A stretch of 64,000 nt of DNA from NCBI GenBank assembly GCA_963816145.1, contig CAWFJP010000005.1, forward strand, positions 1 through 64,000, read 5' to 3'. Under the pieces are notes generated by a model that did no database searches, was not told the origin of the DNA, and saw nothing but the letters and a program-made list of their open reading frames with translations. The translations under genes were made by a program, and so were the position numbers. Shown here piece by piece: positions 9,982-19,937 of the stretch; positions within the stretch are counted from its first letter, which is position 1, and the number at the start of each line of letters is the position of its first letter. The stretch is from an uncultured delta proteobacterium (GTDB lineage: Bacteria > Desulfobacterota > Binatia > UBA9968).

Positions 9982-10962
9982 TCAGCGATTTTTGTAGGCT
10001 TGCTCGACGAAACCCTCGCGCACCAGCTTGTCGATGATCGAGTTGTCGGCGAAGGTTTCGATGGGCAAGCCCTTCTTACCCATCATTTCCAGAGTCGCCG
10101 CCACCGCTTCGGCTTCGACGCGCGGGATGCGGTCGACGTACTTGGCGGCGTCGTTATAAATCTCATCGATCGCTCTGGTTTCCTTGAGCCGGCTGAAGTA
10201 GGTAATCGCTTTGGTCACCCGGGTTTTTTGGCTCGGATCGCGCAGCGCGGCCACCCCCTCGATGTAAGCGCGCATGATTCTTTCCAAAGTGTCGGGCGAT
10301 CGGCGTTGAAACTCGCGTGCCACAACCAGCTGGCCCATCGAATACTGAATACCGGACTCCGCTAGTTCGATCAAAATCCGATGGGGCGCATCGGCGCGCA
10401 GCGTGGCCAGAACGGCGCCATCGATTTGCCGGTGGCGAAAGGCGAGGGCGACCTCCAGGGTGCCGCCCAGTTGGCGAATATTGACGGCGTTTTCCAGTCC
10501 GACGCGGCGCAACAAGATACGCGTGAGATTATCCGTCGTCGACCCGAAGCGCGAGACGCCGAGAGTTTTGCCGCGCAACTCGTCGACCCGGGTGAACTCG
10601 GGCCGCGCCCATAGACGCAAATAGGGCCGGTTCGCCAGGCTCGCAACGGACACAATCGGCGCGCCGCCGAGGGCGGCGGCGATCACCGCGTTGGCGCCGG
10701 CGACGGCGCACTGGACGTCGCCGCCGATCAACGCCGGCACCATCACCGGACTCGACGAAATGAAAACGAAATTCCCGTCGACGCCGTATTTGTTGAAGGC
10801 ACCGATCTCTTGGGCGGTCCACAGGCCGACGGCGGTGGGGCCGGTGCTGGAATAGCCGATGGTGAGTTTACTCTTCTCCGCCGGCTGGGCCGGCACCGAC
10901 AGTAACAGCGCCTCGAGTGAAGCCATCGCGGCAACTCTGAACCATTTCCATCGTTGTGCCAT
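9982..10962 (-). CDS. ABC solute-binding protein, SsuA/NMT1-like
   Basis: Signal peptide, IGYSS, LRGKTLGVSRFGS, DNSIIDKLVREGF C-terminus. Confidence 0.9.
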   Translation of the reverse strand: MAQRWKWFRVAAMASLEALLLSVPAQPAEKSKLTIGYSSTGPTAVGLWTAQEIGAFNKYGVDGNFVFISSSPVMVPALIGGDVQCAVAGANAVIAAALGGAPIVSVASLANRPYLRLWARPEFTRVDELRGKTLGVSRFGSTTDNLTRILLRRVGLENAVNIRQLGGTLEVALAFRHRQIDGAVLATLRADAPHRILIELAESGIQYSMGQLVVAREFQRRSPDTLERIMRAYIEGVAALRDPSQKTRVTKAITYFSRLKETRAIDEIYNDAAKYVDRIPRVEAEAVAATLEMMGKKGLPIETFADNSIIDKLVREGFVEQAYKNR

Positions 10963-11019
10963 ATGAATGTCCCTCTCAGGGATCGTTGAAATACCTTGCC
11001 TTCAGGCGAAGAGAAGATT

Positions 11020-11103
11020 GTCATGCCGGCGCAGGCCGGCATCCATCTTCGTTTGCGCTGCAAAGCCGAAGAAACCCTGGATTCCGGCCTACGCCGGAAT
11101 GAC
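11020..11103. repeat. Family D palindrome (GTCAT...ATGAC, dRS3/RPE-like geometry)
   Basis: GTCATGCCGGCGCAGGCCGGCATCCA...TGGATTCCGGCCTACGCCGGAATGAC; each arm is a 6-bp inverted repeat around 8 nt. Confidence 0.9.
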
Positions 11104-11183
11104 GAAGGGGAGGGTCGACTTCCAGTCGTCGAATTCTGAACCGCTCGATATAAAGCCAAGTGTCTTTCAGTTCTCAACTCGCT

Positions 11184-12185
11184 TCAGCGGTAAACGCTGT
11201 CGATGAAGCCGCTTGTTTCCAACTGCCGGACGAAGCGGTCGTCGAAGAACAACTTGGCATCTTGGTCTTTGGCTTTGGGATTGCGCTCGGCGATCTCCTC
11301 GACCACCGACTTGACGTTGTCGACGGTCGGTAGCGGCACTTTTAGCAGATACTTGGCGATCTGCACATCATAGGTTTCGCTCAATAGATCGGTGTCGCTG
11401 GTGCGCAGGTATTTGCCGAGAACCTTGAAGCTAAAGGCGCGGTCTTTTTTCATCAGCGCGCTGGCCTCGATGACCGCCGAGAGATAGCGACGCACCAGAT
11501 CGGGATCGTTGCGCAAAATTTCGCCGCGGGTCGATACACCGTTAGCAGCGTAGGGAATGTTGAGCGTGGGCAGATGCAGCATTAGGCGATTGCCGAGTTT
11601 GATGGCTCGGGAAGTCTGGGGGTAACCGAACACGCCGCCTTGGATGCGACCGCCCTGCATAGCGCCGACGATCCACTCGCCGGCACCGATCTCGGCGATG
11701 GCGACGTCTTTGCCGTCCCCGAAGCCGAAGTGGCGCAGTGCGATGCGCGCGCCGGTGTGCAGCGATGTGCCGTAGCGGCTGATGCCGATGGTCTTGCCGC
11801 GCAGTTGTTCCGGTTTTTCGATCTCGGGGCGCACCACCAGATTGAGTACCAGAGTGCCGACCAGCGTAGCGATGATCTTTACGTCAAGGCCGCCGATGGC
11901 TGCGCCCGCTGTCGTGCCGCCGGCGATGTGCACGAAATCGACTTCGCGAGCGGCCAGCGTGGTGATACCCTGCAAGCCGCTGGGCATGGCGACGACTTCG
12001 ACCTGCAGGCCATGTTTGGCAAAGATTCCCGATTCATGCGCCGCCCATGACGGCGACATGCTGCCGGAGATGCTGGTGACGGCGGCGCGGATTTTACGCA
12101 AACCGGTTGGGTCGGCGGCGTAGACGCTACTGCCGTAAAGGAAAAACAGCGCACTGACAATTCGCAGAACCACGCGCCTGGGCAT
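11184..12185 (-). CDS. ABC solute-binding protein, SsuA/NMT1-like
   Basis: Signal peptide, GIFAKHGLQVE, LRGKTIGISRYGT, FFDDRFVRQLETSGFI. Confidence 0.9.
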   Translation of the reverse strand: MPRRVVLRIVSALFFLYGSSVYAADPTGLRKIRAAVTSISGSMSPSWAAHESGIFAKHGLQVEVVAMPSGLQGITTLAAREVDFVHIAGGTTAGAAIGGLDVKIIATLVGTLVLNLVVRPEIEKPEQLRGKTIGISRYGTSLHTGARIALRHFGFGDGKDVAIAEIGAGEWIVGAMQGGRIQGGVFGYPQTSRAIKLGNRLMLHLPTLNIPYAANGVSTRGEILRNDPDLVRRYLSAVIEASALMKKDRAFSFKVLGKYLRTSDTDLLSETYDVQIAKYLLKVPLPTVDNVKSVVEEIAERNPKAKDQDAKLFFDDRFVRQLETSGFIDSVYR

Positions 12186-12270
12186 CGATCACCTCGCGTT
12201 CGAGTTCGCGGACCGGTGCCGCTATACACCGCCGGACCGTGTCGCATCTTATAGCTCAGATTGGGAAAAT

Positions 12271-12681
12271 TTACATCGGCATCTTGGGAAATTTCGGCAG
12301 GGCGGGATTCATATGGTCCCAGGGTTGTGCGCTCGAAGTGTAAATATCCATTTGCGGCACATACTGCTTCGGATCGTCGAGACTACCGGCGGTGAGCATT
12401 GCAAGATCGGGCATGGCGCTGACTTTCCCTAACAGGCGCGAGCCGCATTCGGGGCAGAAGCCGCGACTCATGATGTTGCCGCTGTCAGCTTTGTTGTCGT
12501 GATATTTTACCTGTCCGGTGACCTTGAGAGTCGCCGCCGGGATGCCGATGGCGGCCTCATAGGCGGTGCCGGTGGCTTTTTGGCAGTCGAGGCAGTGGCA
12601 GTTGCCCATAAAGATCGGGTCTGCAGTGCATTCGTAACGGACTTTGCCGCACATACATCCGCCGGTAAATTTTGTCGCCAT
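12271..12681 (-). CDS. GFA (glutathione-dependent formaldehyde-activating / CENP-V) family protein
   Basis: GGCMCG, CHCLDCQK, FCPECGS zinc motifs. Confidence 0.92.
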   Translation of the reverse strand: MATKFTGGCMCGKVRYECTADPIFMGNCHCLDCQKATGTAYEAAIGIPAATLKVTGQVKYHDNKADSGNIMSRGFCPECGSRLLGKVSAMPDLAMLTAGSLDDPKQYVPQMDIYTSSAQPWDHMNPALPKFPKMPM

Positions 12682-12720
12682 GCGTTTGTCCTCCTTTTGG
12701 TTTGCGATCGTTTAATTAAC

Positions 12721-13383
12721 TCAAGCACGCCAATGCGGCGGATAGGTCCGCTGATAGTTGGGCAGCGCTTCGATGCGTTCCGCCCACCTAGCGAGTTTGG
12801 GATAATAGCTCGCCAATGGCATCCATTGTAAATTCAATGGTTGGGCCGTTTCCTTTCCGGCCGCCCGCAGAATGAGTTGGATCATCGGAAATATCGCGAT
12901 ATCGGCGGCGCTGATGGTTGCGCCGACTAACCAGTTCCGAGCCGATAGCCGCGCATCGAGAGTTTTAAGCTCCTCGCGGATCGTTTGGGCCGCTTGCTGA
13001 ATCTCGTCGACCTTGTCCAAGCCTTTGCCGAAAAACAGCGGTCGAACCACTTTGTCGCCGGCGCTGGCGAAATAGGACTCGCACTCCGATATGGCTTGCC
13101 AGATCAGCGCGGTTTCCTCGGCGTTGGCGCCGAAGAGCGGCGGCGTCGGGTATTTGCGATCGAGATAGCTCATGATCGCCAACGATTCGTAAACCACGAA
13201 CTCGCCGTCTTTCAGCGTCGGCACCTTGCCGCGCGGGTTGAGTTGCAGATAAGCGGTTGTTTTGTGTTCGCCTTTGGAGAATTCCAAAAGTTTCGAGTCA
13301 TAGGCCAAGCCTTTCACTTCAAGCGTCAGCATGACGCGCCAAGCGAATGGACTGCCGCTGCCCCAATATAGTTCGATAGCCAT
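12721..13383 (-). CDS. Glutathione S-transferase family protein
   Basis: SGSPFAWRV, LNPRGKVPTL, YESLAIMSYL, SAADI. Confidence 0.93.
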   Translation of the reverse strand: MAIELYWGSGSPFAWRVMLTLEVKGLAYDSKLLEFSKGEHKTTAYLQLNPRGKVPTLKDGEFVVYESLAIMSYLDRKYPTPPLFGANAEETALIWQAISECESYFASAGDKVVRPLFFGKGLDKVDEIQQAAQTIREELKTLDARLSARNWLVGATISAADIAIFPMIQLILRAAGKETAQPLNLQWMPLASYYPKLARWAERIEALPNYQRTYPPHWRA

Positions 13384-13503
13384 GATCAACCACCCTCCTA
13401 TGGTGAGAAGTAGTTAACCGCGCATATCGTCGAATAGCAACATTCACTGAAGGATTCAGCGTGTCTTGTCGCGAAGGCAGGAGTCCGGCACTTCGGCTGT
13501 TTT

Positions 13504-13557
13504 GTCATTTCGACCGCAGGGAGAAATCCAGGATCTCTCACATTCGTTCGAGATGAC
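13504..13557. repeat. Family D-like palindrome (GTCATTTCGA...TCGAGATGAC)
   Basis: GTCATTTCGACCGCAGGGAGAAATCCAGGATCTCTCACATTCGTTCGAGATGAC between the two GST genes. Confidence 0.75.
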
Positions 13558-13580
13558 ACTCAATTCAAGTTCCCGATACG

Positions 13581-14300
13581 TTACTCGTCCAGTTCGGGAT
13601 AGTGGCGGAAAATCCCATTGGTGTTGAACGCCAGGCGGTGCGGTGAAGCGAGATATTTTTTTAGCCGCGGCCGGGCGGCAACGCGGTCATGGACCGCGAT
13701 GACGCGCGGACAGCTGGGTTCCACCTTCGCCATGGCGCGTGGGAACGCGTAGCGCAACCCTTCGACCATTTGAAACAGCGATAAGTCGGCGTAGCAAATC
13801 TGTTTGCTGAGTAGAAAGTGGCTGTTGCTGGGGTTTTTCTGGAGAATTTTTTCGTAGTAGCCCATGAATTTCGGAATGCGCAGTGACGTGAAGTAGGAGG
13901 TGCGCCGCTTGGCTTCTTCCTTTTGCTCTTCGTAATAAAGCACATTGGCGATGGGATGATGGGTATTGCCGACCTCGGCGACCCAATCGGTCACCGTGAG
14001 CTGCAACTGATGCACCCAAAGCCGGCTCGCTTGATCTTTCGGCACCAGACCCAGCCGTGGACCGAGAAACTGCAGAATGTTGGCAGTCTGTCCGATCATG
14101 AGCTTGCCGGCTTTCAAGAATGGCGGGGCGAAGGATGGATGCTCCACGTTGGGGTCTTCGAGAATCTTCATGATGCCGGCGCGGCCGAATTCCGGATCGC
14201 GGGCGACGTCGACATATTCGGCGCCGGCGTCTTCCAGCGCCAAGCGGACGAATTCACCGCGGCCTTGAATGGAGGGTTGGTAGTAGAGTTCGTAACGCAT
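13581..14300 (-). CDS. Glutathione S-transferase family protein
   Basis: IQGRGEFVRLALE, FAPPFL, GQTANILQFL, YADLSLFQ, GIFRHYPELD. Confidence 0.92.
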   Translation of the reverse strand: MRYELYYQPSIQGRGEFVRLALEDAGAEYVDVARDPEFGRAGIMKILEDPNVEHPSFAPPFLKAGKLMIGQTANILQFLGPRLGLVPKDQASRLWVHQLQLTVTDWVAEVGNTHHPIANVLYYEEQKEEAKRRTSYFTSLRIPKFMGYYEKILQKNPSNSHFLLSKQICYADLSLFQMVEGLRYAFPRAMAKVEPSCPRVIAVHDRVAARPRLKKYLASPHRLAFNTNGIFRHYPELDE

Positions 14301-14310
14301 TGCGATCTCC

Positions 14311-14341
14311 TTCGTGTTCGTGGTTCGTGATCGTGTTCGTT
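14311..14341. repeat. Short tandem hexamer array (TTCGTG/ATCGTG) next to the GST RBS
   Basis: TTCGTG TTCGTG G TTCGTG ATCGTG TTCGTT. Confidence 0.65.
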
Positions 14342-14383
14342 TCCGATCAGGGAGTCGTCTCAGGGCCGGTTTTTATCCTGAGA

Positions 14384-15460
14384 TTACCTTGGCGTTAATT
14401 TATCGATGAGGCCGCTCGTTTCCAACGCTTTAAGATAGCTGTTATCGAAGATCCCTTTGACGTCGACTTTCGGCAACGGCGGACCTTGGGCCTGCATGGC
14501 GTCGATGGTTGCCCGCGCCGAAACTTCGTCGACGTAAGGGATGCGCGGCAAGTCGGCGGCCATTTCGTCGTAGAATTTATTCAAGATTTCGGGATCGCGC
14601 TGGCGTGTGTATTTGGCGATGACTTTGATCGTCGCCTCTTTTTGCGTGCGCACGACATGGAGGCCTTCGACGTAACCGCGCAGGAACGCATCGGCGCTGT
14701 CGCGCCGCTCGCGCAGGAACTTTCGCGTGATGCCGCTGACCGTGATCAACTGGCGGATGCCGAGATCGCGGATCGCGCTGAAGCTGCGCAGTCCCTGTTT
14801 CTCGGCGGCATAAGTGTTGGGCGCTGTGAGAATGGTCGCCGACGCTTGCTTACGCAACACTGCCGCCGCCCGTTCGGGCTGTCCGGCGGTGCCGAATTGA
14901 ACGAATTGCACTTCGTCTTTGCGGATACCGACTTTCTCCAAGACTTTCAGCATGTAGCCGTAGGTAGGGCTGGTTGGGTCGAGCGCCAACCGCTTGCCGC
15001 GCAAATCTTCGATGCGCGTAATGCTCGGGTCGGTAATCAGCACGTAATGATTGACGAGATTGTATTGGGTGGCGATGAAAACGCCGTCGCCGCCGCCGGA
15101 TACCAGGCGAATCAAGCCCTCGGCCCCGCCTTGATATGCTTGAATCTCGCCGGCGGTGAGCGCCGAGAGCATGACGCGATTGCCCTGGATATAGGCGATC
15201 TTAGCGTCGATACCATGCTTAGCGAACAAGCCGTGGTCATGGGCAACCCAAAGCGGCGCGAAGCTGCCGCTGATTGCCGAATAGGCGATGGTCATCGAGG
15301 GGAGCTTTTTCTCTTGTGAATGACCGGCGGAGACCAAGCAAAATAGCGCGGCGAAAGTGATGAACAATGATCTCACCACGAAGGGCACGAAGTTCACGAA
15401 GACTTCCATCCCAAAACTCCGAGCCTTCGTGATCTTCGTGCCTTCGTGGTGAAAAATCAT
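14384..15460 (-). CDS. ABC solute-binding protein, SsuA/NMT1-like (5' end overlaps a family A hairpin; start uncertain)
   Basis: IAYSAISGSFAPLWVAHDHGLFAKHG, DLRGKRLA, FDNSYLKALETSG. Confidence 0.88.
   Translation of the reverse strand: MIFHHEGTKITKARSFGMEVFVNFVPFVVRSLFITFAALFCLVSAGHSQEKKLPSMTIAYSAISGSFAPLWVAHDHGLFAKHGIDAKIAYIQGNRVMLSALTAGEIQAYQGGAEGLIRLVSGGGDGVFIATQYNLVNHYVLITDPSITRIEDLRGKRLALDPTSPTYGYMLKVLEKVGIRKDEVQFVQFGTAGQPERAAAVLRKQASATILTAPNTYAAEKQGLRSFSAIRDLGIRQLITVSGITRKFLRERRDSADAFLRGYVEGLHVVRTQKEATIKVIAKYTRQRDPEILNKFYDEMAADLPRIPYVDEVSARATIDAMQAQGPPLPKVDVKGIFDNSYLKALETSGLIDKLTPR
15372..15453. repeat. Solo hairpin, family A (CACGAAG variant)
   Basis: CTCACCACGAAGGGCACGAAGTTCACGAAG...TCCGAGCCTTCGTGATCTTCGTGCCTTCGTGGTGAA. 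Confidence 0.92.
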
Positions 15461-15502
15461 GGCTTCAACTTTCTGTAGAGGGCTTGCATCTCTACCTTCT
15501 AG

Positions 15503-16627
15503 CTATTTTAGAATCTTCCGTGCAAACTCGCCGGCAGGTTCGCGCCAATTGGTGACGATGTCCTCGCCGTAAAATCGCACCTTCTCGAACTCTTCCGGCG
15601 TGGTGACATCTTTCGCCGCTGGAGTGTTGTAGCGGGTCAGCCATTTGGTGTCGACATCGAAGCGCCGGCTGCCTTGCGTAAGCGCGCGGCCGTAGAGATC
15701 TTGGCCTTCCTTGCCGAGCAACCAGTTTATGTAGACCTTGGCTGCGTTCGGATGCGACGCGTTGGCCATGACCGCGACCGTGCCGAAGCCGTTACTGCCG
15801 CCCATGCCTTCTTTGATAGAGGTCAGCGCTTTGATCGGCAAGCCGCCTTTGATGTAGGGGTCGACGAAGCGTTGTGCCACGGCGAGCGCCACGGCGAGAT
15901 TCCCCTTGGCGAGTCCGACGGCGATCTGCTGGCCGTCGCGATGGATATAGAGGTTTTGCTCGGCCAGTTTCTGCAAGTAGTCTTTGCCTTTGGCGCGCAT
16001 CAAATATCCCCATAGACCCTGGCCGGCGCTGGGGACACGGGGCTCGAACATTCCGATCTTGCCTTTCCATTTGGGCTGCAACAGATCGTCGTAGGAGGTA
16101 ATCTCGTTGGGCTTGACCAAGTCCGAGTTGTAAAACGGCGGCACGGTGAAGTCGGCGGAGAATGAGTAGATGAAGCGGTTGGTCTTGACGTTGTCTTCCC
16201 ACATATGGCCGCCCCACCATTGCTTGGCATCGCGAACCTCGGCCAAAACCACATTGTCCATGAACGGCGCGAGCATGTTTTCATTGCGCAGCGGCTGCAG
16301 CGTGCCCGAGCCGCCGTGCAGCACATCAAAATGTTTCACTCCCGCCTTGAACTCAGCGATCGCCCGCTGGGCATTTTGCGGACCCGGCGCCGAGAGCAGT
16401 TCGAGCTCGATGCCGAAGCGGCTTTCGAAGGTCTCTTTAAACTGTTTGCGCAAGACTGCGGTGGGCGGGCCGCCGGCGACGACTTTGCCTTCCTTCTTGG
16501 CCACTTCGACGATGCGGCGCCAGTCCTCTTGAATGTCGGCGGCGCGGGCGTCGTGACTCGGGTGCAAGCTAAGAACCCACAGCATGCCGAACATGCAGGT
16601 TAGCGTAAGCGGCAACGTCAGTATCAT
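15503..16627 (-). CDS. Extracellular solute-binding protein, Fe3+/AfuA-like
   Basis: AKKEGKVV, DLLQPKWKGKI, SHPNAAKVYINWLLGKEGQ. Confidence 0.9.
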   Translation of the reverse strand: MILTLPLTLTCMFGMLWVLSLHPSHDARAADIQEDWRRIVEVAKKEGKVVAGGPPTAVLRKQFKETFESRFGIELELLSAPGPQNAQRAIAEFKAGVKHFDVLHGGSGTLQPLRNENMLAPFMDNVVLAEVRDAKQWWGGHMWEDNVKTNRFIYSFSADFTVPPFYNSDLVKPNEITSYDDLLQPKWKGKIGMFEPRVPSAGQGLWGYLMRAKGKDYLQKLAEQNLYIHRDGQQIAVGLAKGNLAVALAVAQRFVDPYIKGGLPIKALTSIKEGMGGSNGFGTVAVMANASHPNAAKVYINWLLGKEGQDLYGRALTQGSRRFDVDTKWLTRYNTPAAKDVTTPEEFEKVRFYGEDIVTNWREPAGEFARKILK

Positions 16628-17040
16628 CTTCGCTTTCTCCTGATCCAACGGGCGTCATCGCAGAGTGTCTTATCCTGATCGCAATTCCGACATCAAGAGA
16701 TTAATCGGTATTTTTGTGAGCTCGGCGCCATTCCTAAACGGAAAATATGGCGGGAGCTTGCGATGATTTCTGGGCGTTTGCAAGAAGCCAGTGTCACTCG
16801 CCGGATATTGTGTCCCAGCCACCCCTCCTACGCGGCTTGCAGTTCGTTTGCCGGGTGATAAAGAGGGGGCGTGGAGGGGGACGCGAAACCGAGGTAGGGG
16901 CATGTAAGGACGGGCTAGATTCGCCGGTAGCACTCGATGCAGAGTGTCGATTGCGATGGCGCAGCCTATTTAATAAAAAGTTCGGCGCAGAGGACTACTT
17001 CCGCGGCAGCGGCTCTTCGATTATGCAGTGGGGGATCACT

Positions 17041-18582
17041 ATGTATTGCAAACATTTCGGCTTAAATGAGTTGCCCTTCAACATGACGCCCAACCCGCGT
17101 TTCGTTTACAAAAACGCGGTTGCTGAGGAAGTGCTCAGTAAGCTTCGCTATGGCATAGAGGCGAGGAAGGGATTTTTCGTGCTGACCGGCGAAGCGGGCA
17201 CTGGCAAGACGACTCTCTTGCGCCTCTTGATGCGGAGTTTACCCGATACCGTCGCCTACGCGTACATTTTCAATCCGCGCCTGAAGTTCTCGGCGTTGTT
17301 GCGCGCTCTTCTCAACGACCTGGGCATTCCTGCTCCAATGGCCGACAAGGAATCCATGTTAGAACGACTCAATGGTTATGCGCTGGAGCAGCATAAACAG
17401 GGACGTATCGTCGCGTGCATCCTCGACGAGGCTCAAGGCCTGAGCGACGAGGTGTTGGAAGAGCTCAGGTTGCTGGGCAATCTCGAAACCGATAGTGAGA
17501 AATTGATCCAGATTATTCTCGTCGGTCAACCCGAACTCGAACGCCGGCTCGATCAGGCAAAGCTAAGGCAATTAAAACAACGGATCTCTCATCGCCATGT
17601 TTTGAATCCGCTTCACGCCCATGAGGTTGGTCCATATTTAGCAGCGCGCTTGAACCAGGCCGGTTATAAAGGCGGCCGGATTTTCAGCCCTGCGGCCGTC
17701 GAACGAATCGGTTATTATTCACGCGGCATTCCCCGGCTGATCAATTCAATTTGCGACAATGCGCTGATTCGCGCCTGTCGAATCGGCACCCATGAGATCA
17801 CAGTGGAATTGATCGACGAAGCCGCTGTTGAGCTACGACTGTTTGAACCGTCACCGGAGGTGATGACAGGGAGACTCGTGAGCGCCGACCAGCAGGCAGA
17901 AGAAGAAGCGGCCGGCGCTGGGTCTATCTCTGAGTGCGCTGAACGACTCGCCGACGCAGTCTCAAGTGATGGCTCTGGCGCGGCAAGGTTATCCTTTGAA
18001 TTTGATATGCCGAGCGGTCCAGCCGTTTTGTCGCGACGCATCTGGATGGAGCGGTTCGCCATAGGATCGCTGATGACGGTTATCGTTTCTGTGCTGGGCG
18101 GGGTGGCCCTTTTGACGCCGCGGGGTGACAGCGCACCTGCACAAATGAAGTTTTCACATAATGACACGCGCAGCATCGTGCCTGTGGCTGCGGTGCCATC
18201 GACTTCATCGACGATCAGTCCCGATAGCTTCGGCGCACAAGCGCCGTCAATAACGCCCTCGACGTTTGACCAACCCTCCGTTACGCCTACGTTGGCCAAT
18301 GGGAAGGAGTTCGCCGGGCCAACCAGGGAAGCGCAACCCGCTGCGCTTCACGCTCGCAAAATCGTTCGTTCGCTATCCCAAGCTATATTCCGCGTTAGCG
18401 CGACATCTTTTCTGAGGAACAAGCCCACGGCGAATGCCGACATAATAGACGCTCTGCACCCTGGCATTCGTATCGAAGTTACCAATCTCGGTGGTGAGTA
18501 TTTTGCGGTACGCGCGTTGGGAGATGAAAATATCCATGGATTTGTTCACAAAGAGGATGCATTCTTCGAACCCCTTCGCTGA
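17041..18582 (+). CDS. ExeA/GspA-like AAA ATPase with TM segment and C-terminal SH3b-like domain
   Basis: MYCKHFGLNELPFNMTPNP, Walker A GEAGTGKT, ILDEAQ, LVGQPEL, GIPRLINSICD; TM near IGSLMTVIVSVLGGVALL; FLRNKPTANADIIDALHPG. Confidence 0.88.
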   Translation: MYCKHFGLNELPFNMTPNPRFVYKNAVAEEVLSKLRYGIEARKGFFVLTGEAGTGKTTLLRLLMRSLPDTVAYAYIFNPRLKFSALLRALLNDLGIPAPMADKESMLERLNGYALEQHKQGRIVACILDEAQGLSDEVLEELRLLGNLETDSEKLIQIILVGQPELERRLDQAKLRQLKQRISHRHVLNPLHAHEVGPYLAARLNQAGYKGGRIFSPAAVERIGYYSRGIPRLINSICDNALIRACRIGTHEITVELIDEAAVELRLFEPSPEVMTGRLVSADQQAEEEAAGAGSISECAERLADAVSSDGSGAARLSFEFDMPSGPAVLSRRIWMERFAIGSLMTVIVSVLGGVALLTPRGDSAPAQMKFSHNDTRSIVPVAAVPSTSSTISPDSFGAQAPSITPSTFDQPSVTPTLANGKEFAGPTREAQPAALHARKIVRSLSQAIFRVSATSFLRNKPTANADIIDALHPGIRIEVTNLGGEYFAVRALGDENIHGFVHKEDAFFEPLR

Positions 18583-18671
18583 GGACGTTGATCGGAATCA
18601 TCCTGTGTCAAACTATTTGATCTCGCTTCGAAACAAATGGCGGCTTTGCCAGTGAATCGACCGAGCGGGCG

Positions 18672-19709
18672 ATGAATGTCTTTCTTGTAGTATGGTTAGC
18701 CGTTTTGGCCAACGTTTTTCCAGCCTTGGCCCAAGTTCCGTTCTACCAGGACAAAACCATCACGGTGATTCTCGGCGGACCGCCGGCGGGTTCGGCGGAT
18801 ATGCGGACGCGCGCGGTCGTCAACATCCTGCGCAAATATATTCCGGGAAATCCCGTGATTGTCGTGCAGCACATGGCTGCGGGTGGCGGCCGGCAAGCCG
18901 CGAACCACGTTTACAAAGTCGCCAAACCCGACGGGTTGACCATCGGCAGCATGGGCGCGGCGCTGGTTGCCAATGCCGTCCTGGGCGAGCCTGGCGTACA
19001 GTATGACATCGATAAGTTCATCTATCTTGGGACGCCCGATAGTGCCCAACACTATTTATTCATCACCCACCGCGAGGCAGCCTTGAGCAGCATCGAAAAG
19101 CTGCGCGCCGCGCCAGGCGTCCGCGTCGGCGGACAATCGGTCGGTCACCCGGTTTACATCACCGGCAGAGTGTTCGCGTATATGATCGGGTTGAACGAGC
19201 CGAAATTCGTCACCGGTTACACCGGACCGCAACTCGATATCGCGATCACCCGGCGCGAGATCGACGCTCGGGTTACGACTGGCGAAACCATGCTGGCGCG
19301 ATCGCGCGAATGGTTGGAGAAAGGCATGGTGGATATTCTCGCCGGCATCGAAATCCCGAAGGGGAAGAAAAATCCGCGCTTTGCGGCCGTGCCGGATCTG
19401 GAGACTTTCGCCAAAAACGAGCGCGAACGAAAGCTCGTGGAAATGTTCCGGGCGTTCAGATTGGCCGGTCAGAATTTTTTTCTGCCGCCGGGAACACCGA
19501 AGGAGCGCGTGCAGATCCTTCAGGAAGCGATGCGCAAAGCCCTCAGCGACCCGGAGTTCGAGAAGGAGTACGAGCGCATGGCCGGCGACACGCCGTCGCC
19601 GTTGCAAGCTGAAGCCCTCGAGAAAGTCATCCGTGAGCTGCCGCGCGACCCTTCGGTGGTCGAGTTGTTCAACAAGCTCGCCGGCGCCGACCCGCTGCCG
19701 GCGCGGTGA
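18672..19709 (+). CDS. TctC/Bug family tripartite tricarboxylate transporter substrate-binding protein
   Basis: FYQDKTITVI, IPGNPVIVVQHMAAGGG, AKPDGLTI, PPGTPKERV, DPEF. Confidence 0.9.
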   Translation: MNVFLVVWLAVLANVFPALAQVPFYQDKTITVILGGPPAGSADMRTRAVVNILRKYIPGNPVIVVQHMAAGGGRQAANHVYKVAKPDGLTIGSMGAALVANAVLGEPGVQYDIDKFIYLGTPDSAQHYLFITHREAALSSIEKLRAAPGVRVGGQSVGHPVYITGRVFAYMIGLNEPKFVTGYTGPQLDIAITRREIDARVTTGETMLARSREWLEKGMVDILAGIEIPKGKKNPRFAAVPDLETFAKNERERKLVEMFRAFRLAGQNFFLPPGTPKERVQILQEAMRKALSDPEFEKEYERMAGDTPSPLQAEALEKVIRELPRDPSVVELFNKLAGADPLPAR

Positions 19710-19937
19710 AGCGAACATGGGGTGTCAGACGAAAGTCTGAATGGCCCCGGTCTTGTTTTTAACGCGCCTAAATTCTCGAACAATCTCTTTTGCCGGCTTG
19801 GGTTGAAATGATATAAATTGCCGTCGTTATCGACAGGGTTATGGTGCGTCTAGAAGTTGGGTGAAAGAGGTGTTGCTGCGGATGCGAAATGAGAGAGTTG
19901 TTGCGTGGCAGCTAAATCAAACAAGGAGGAAATAGTC

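Noticed and set aside
16747-17040. 98-aa N-terminal extension of the ExeA-like ORF
   Set aside because: The family N-terminus (MY..FGL..PF) begins at 17041; the extension looks like open intergenic sequence.
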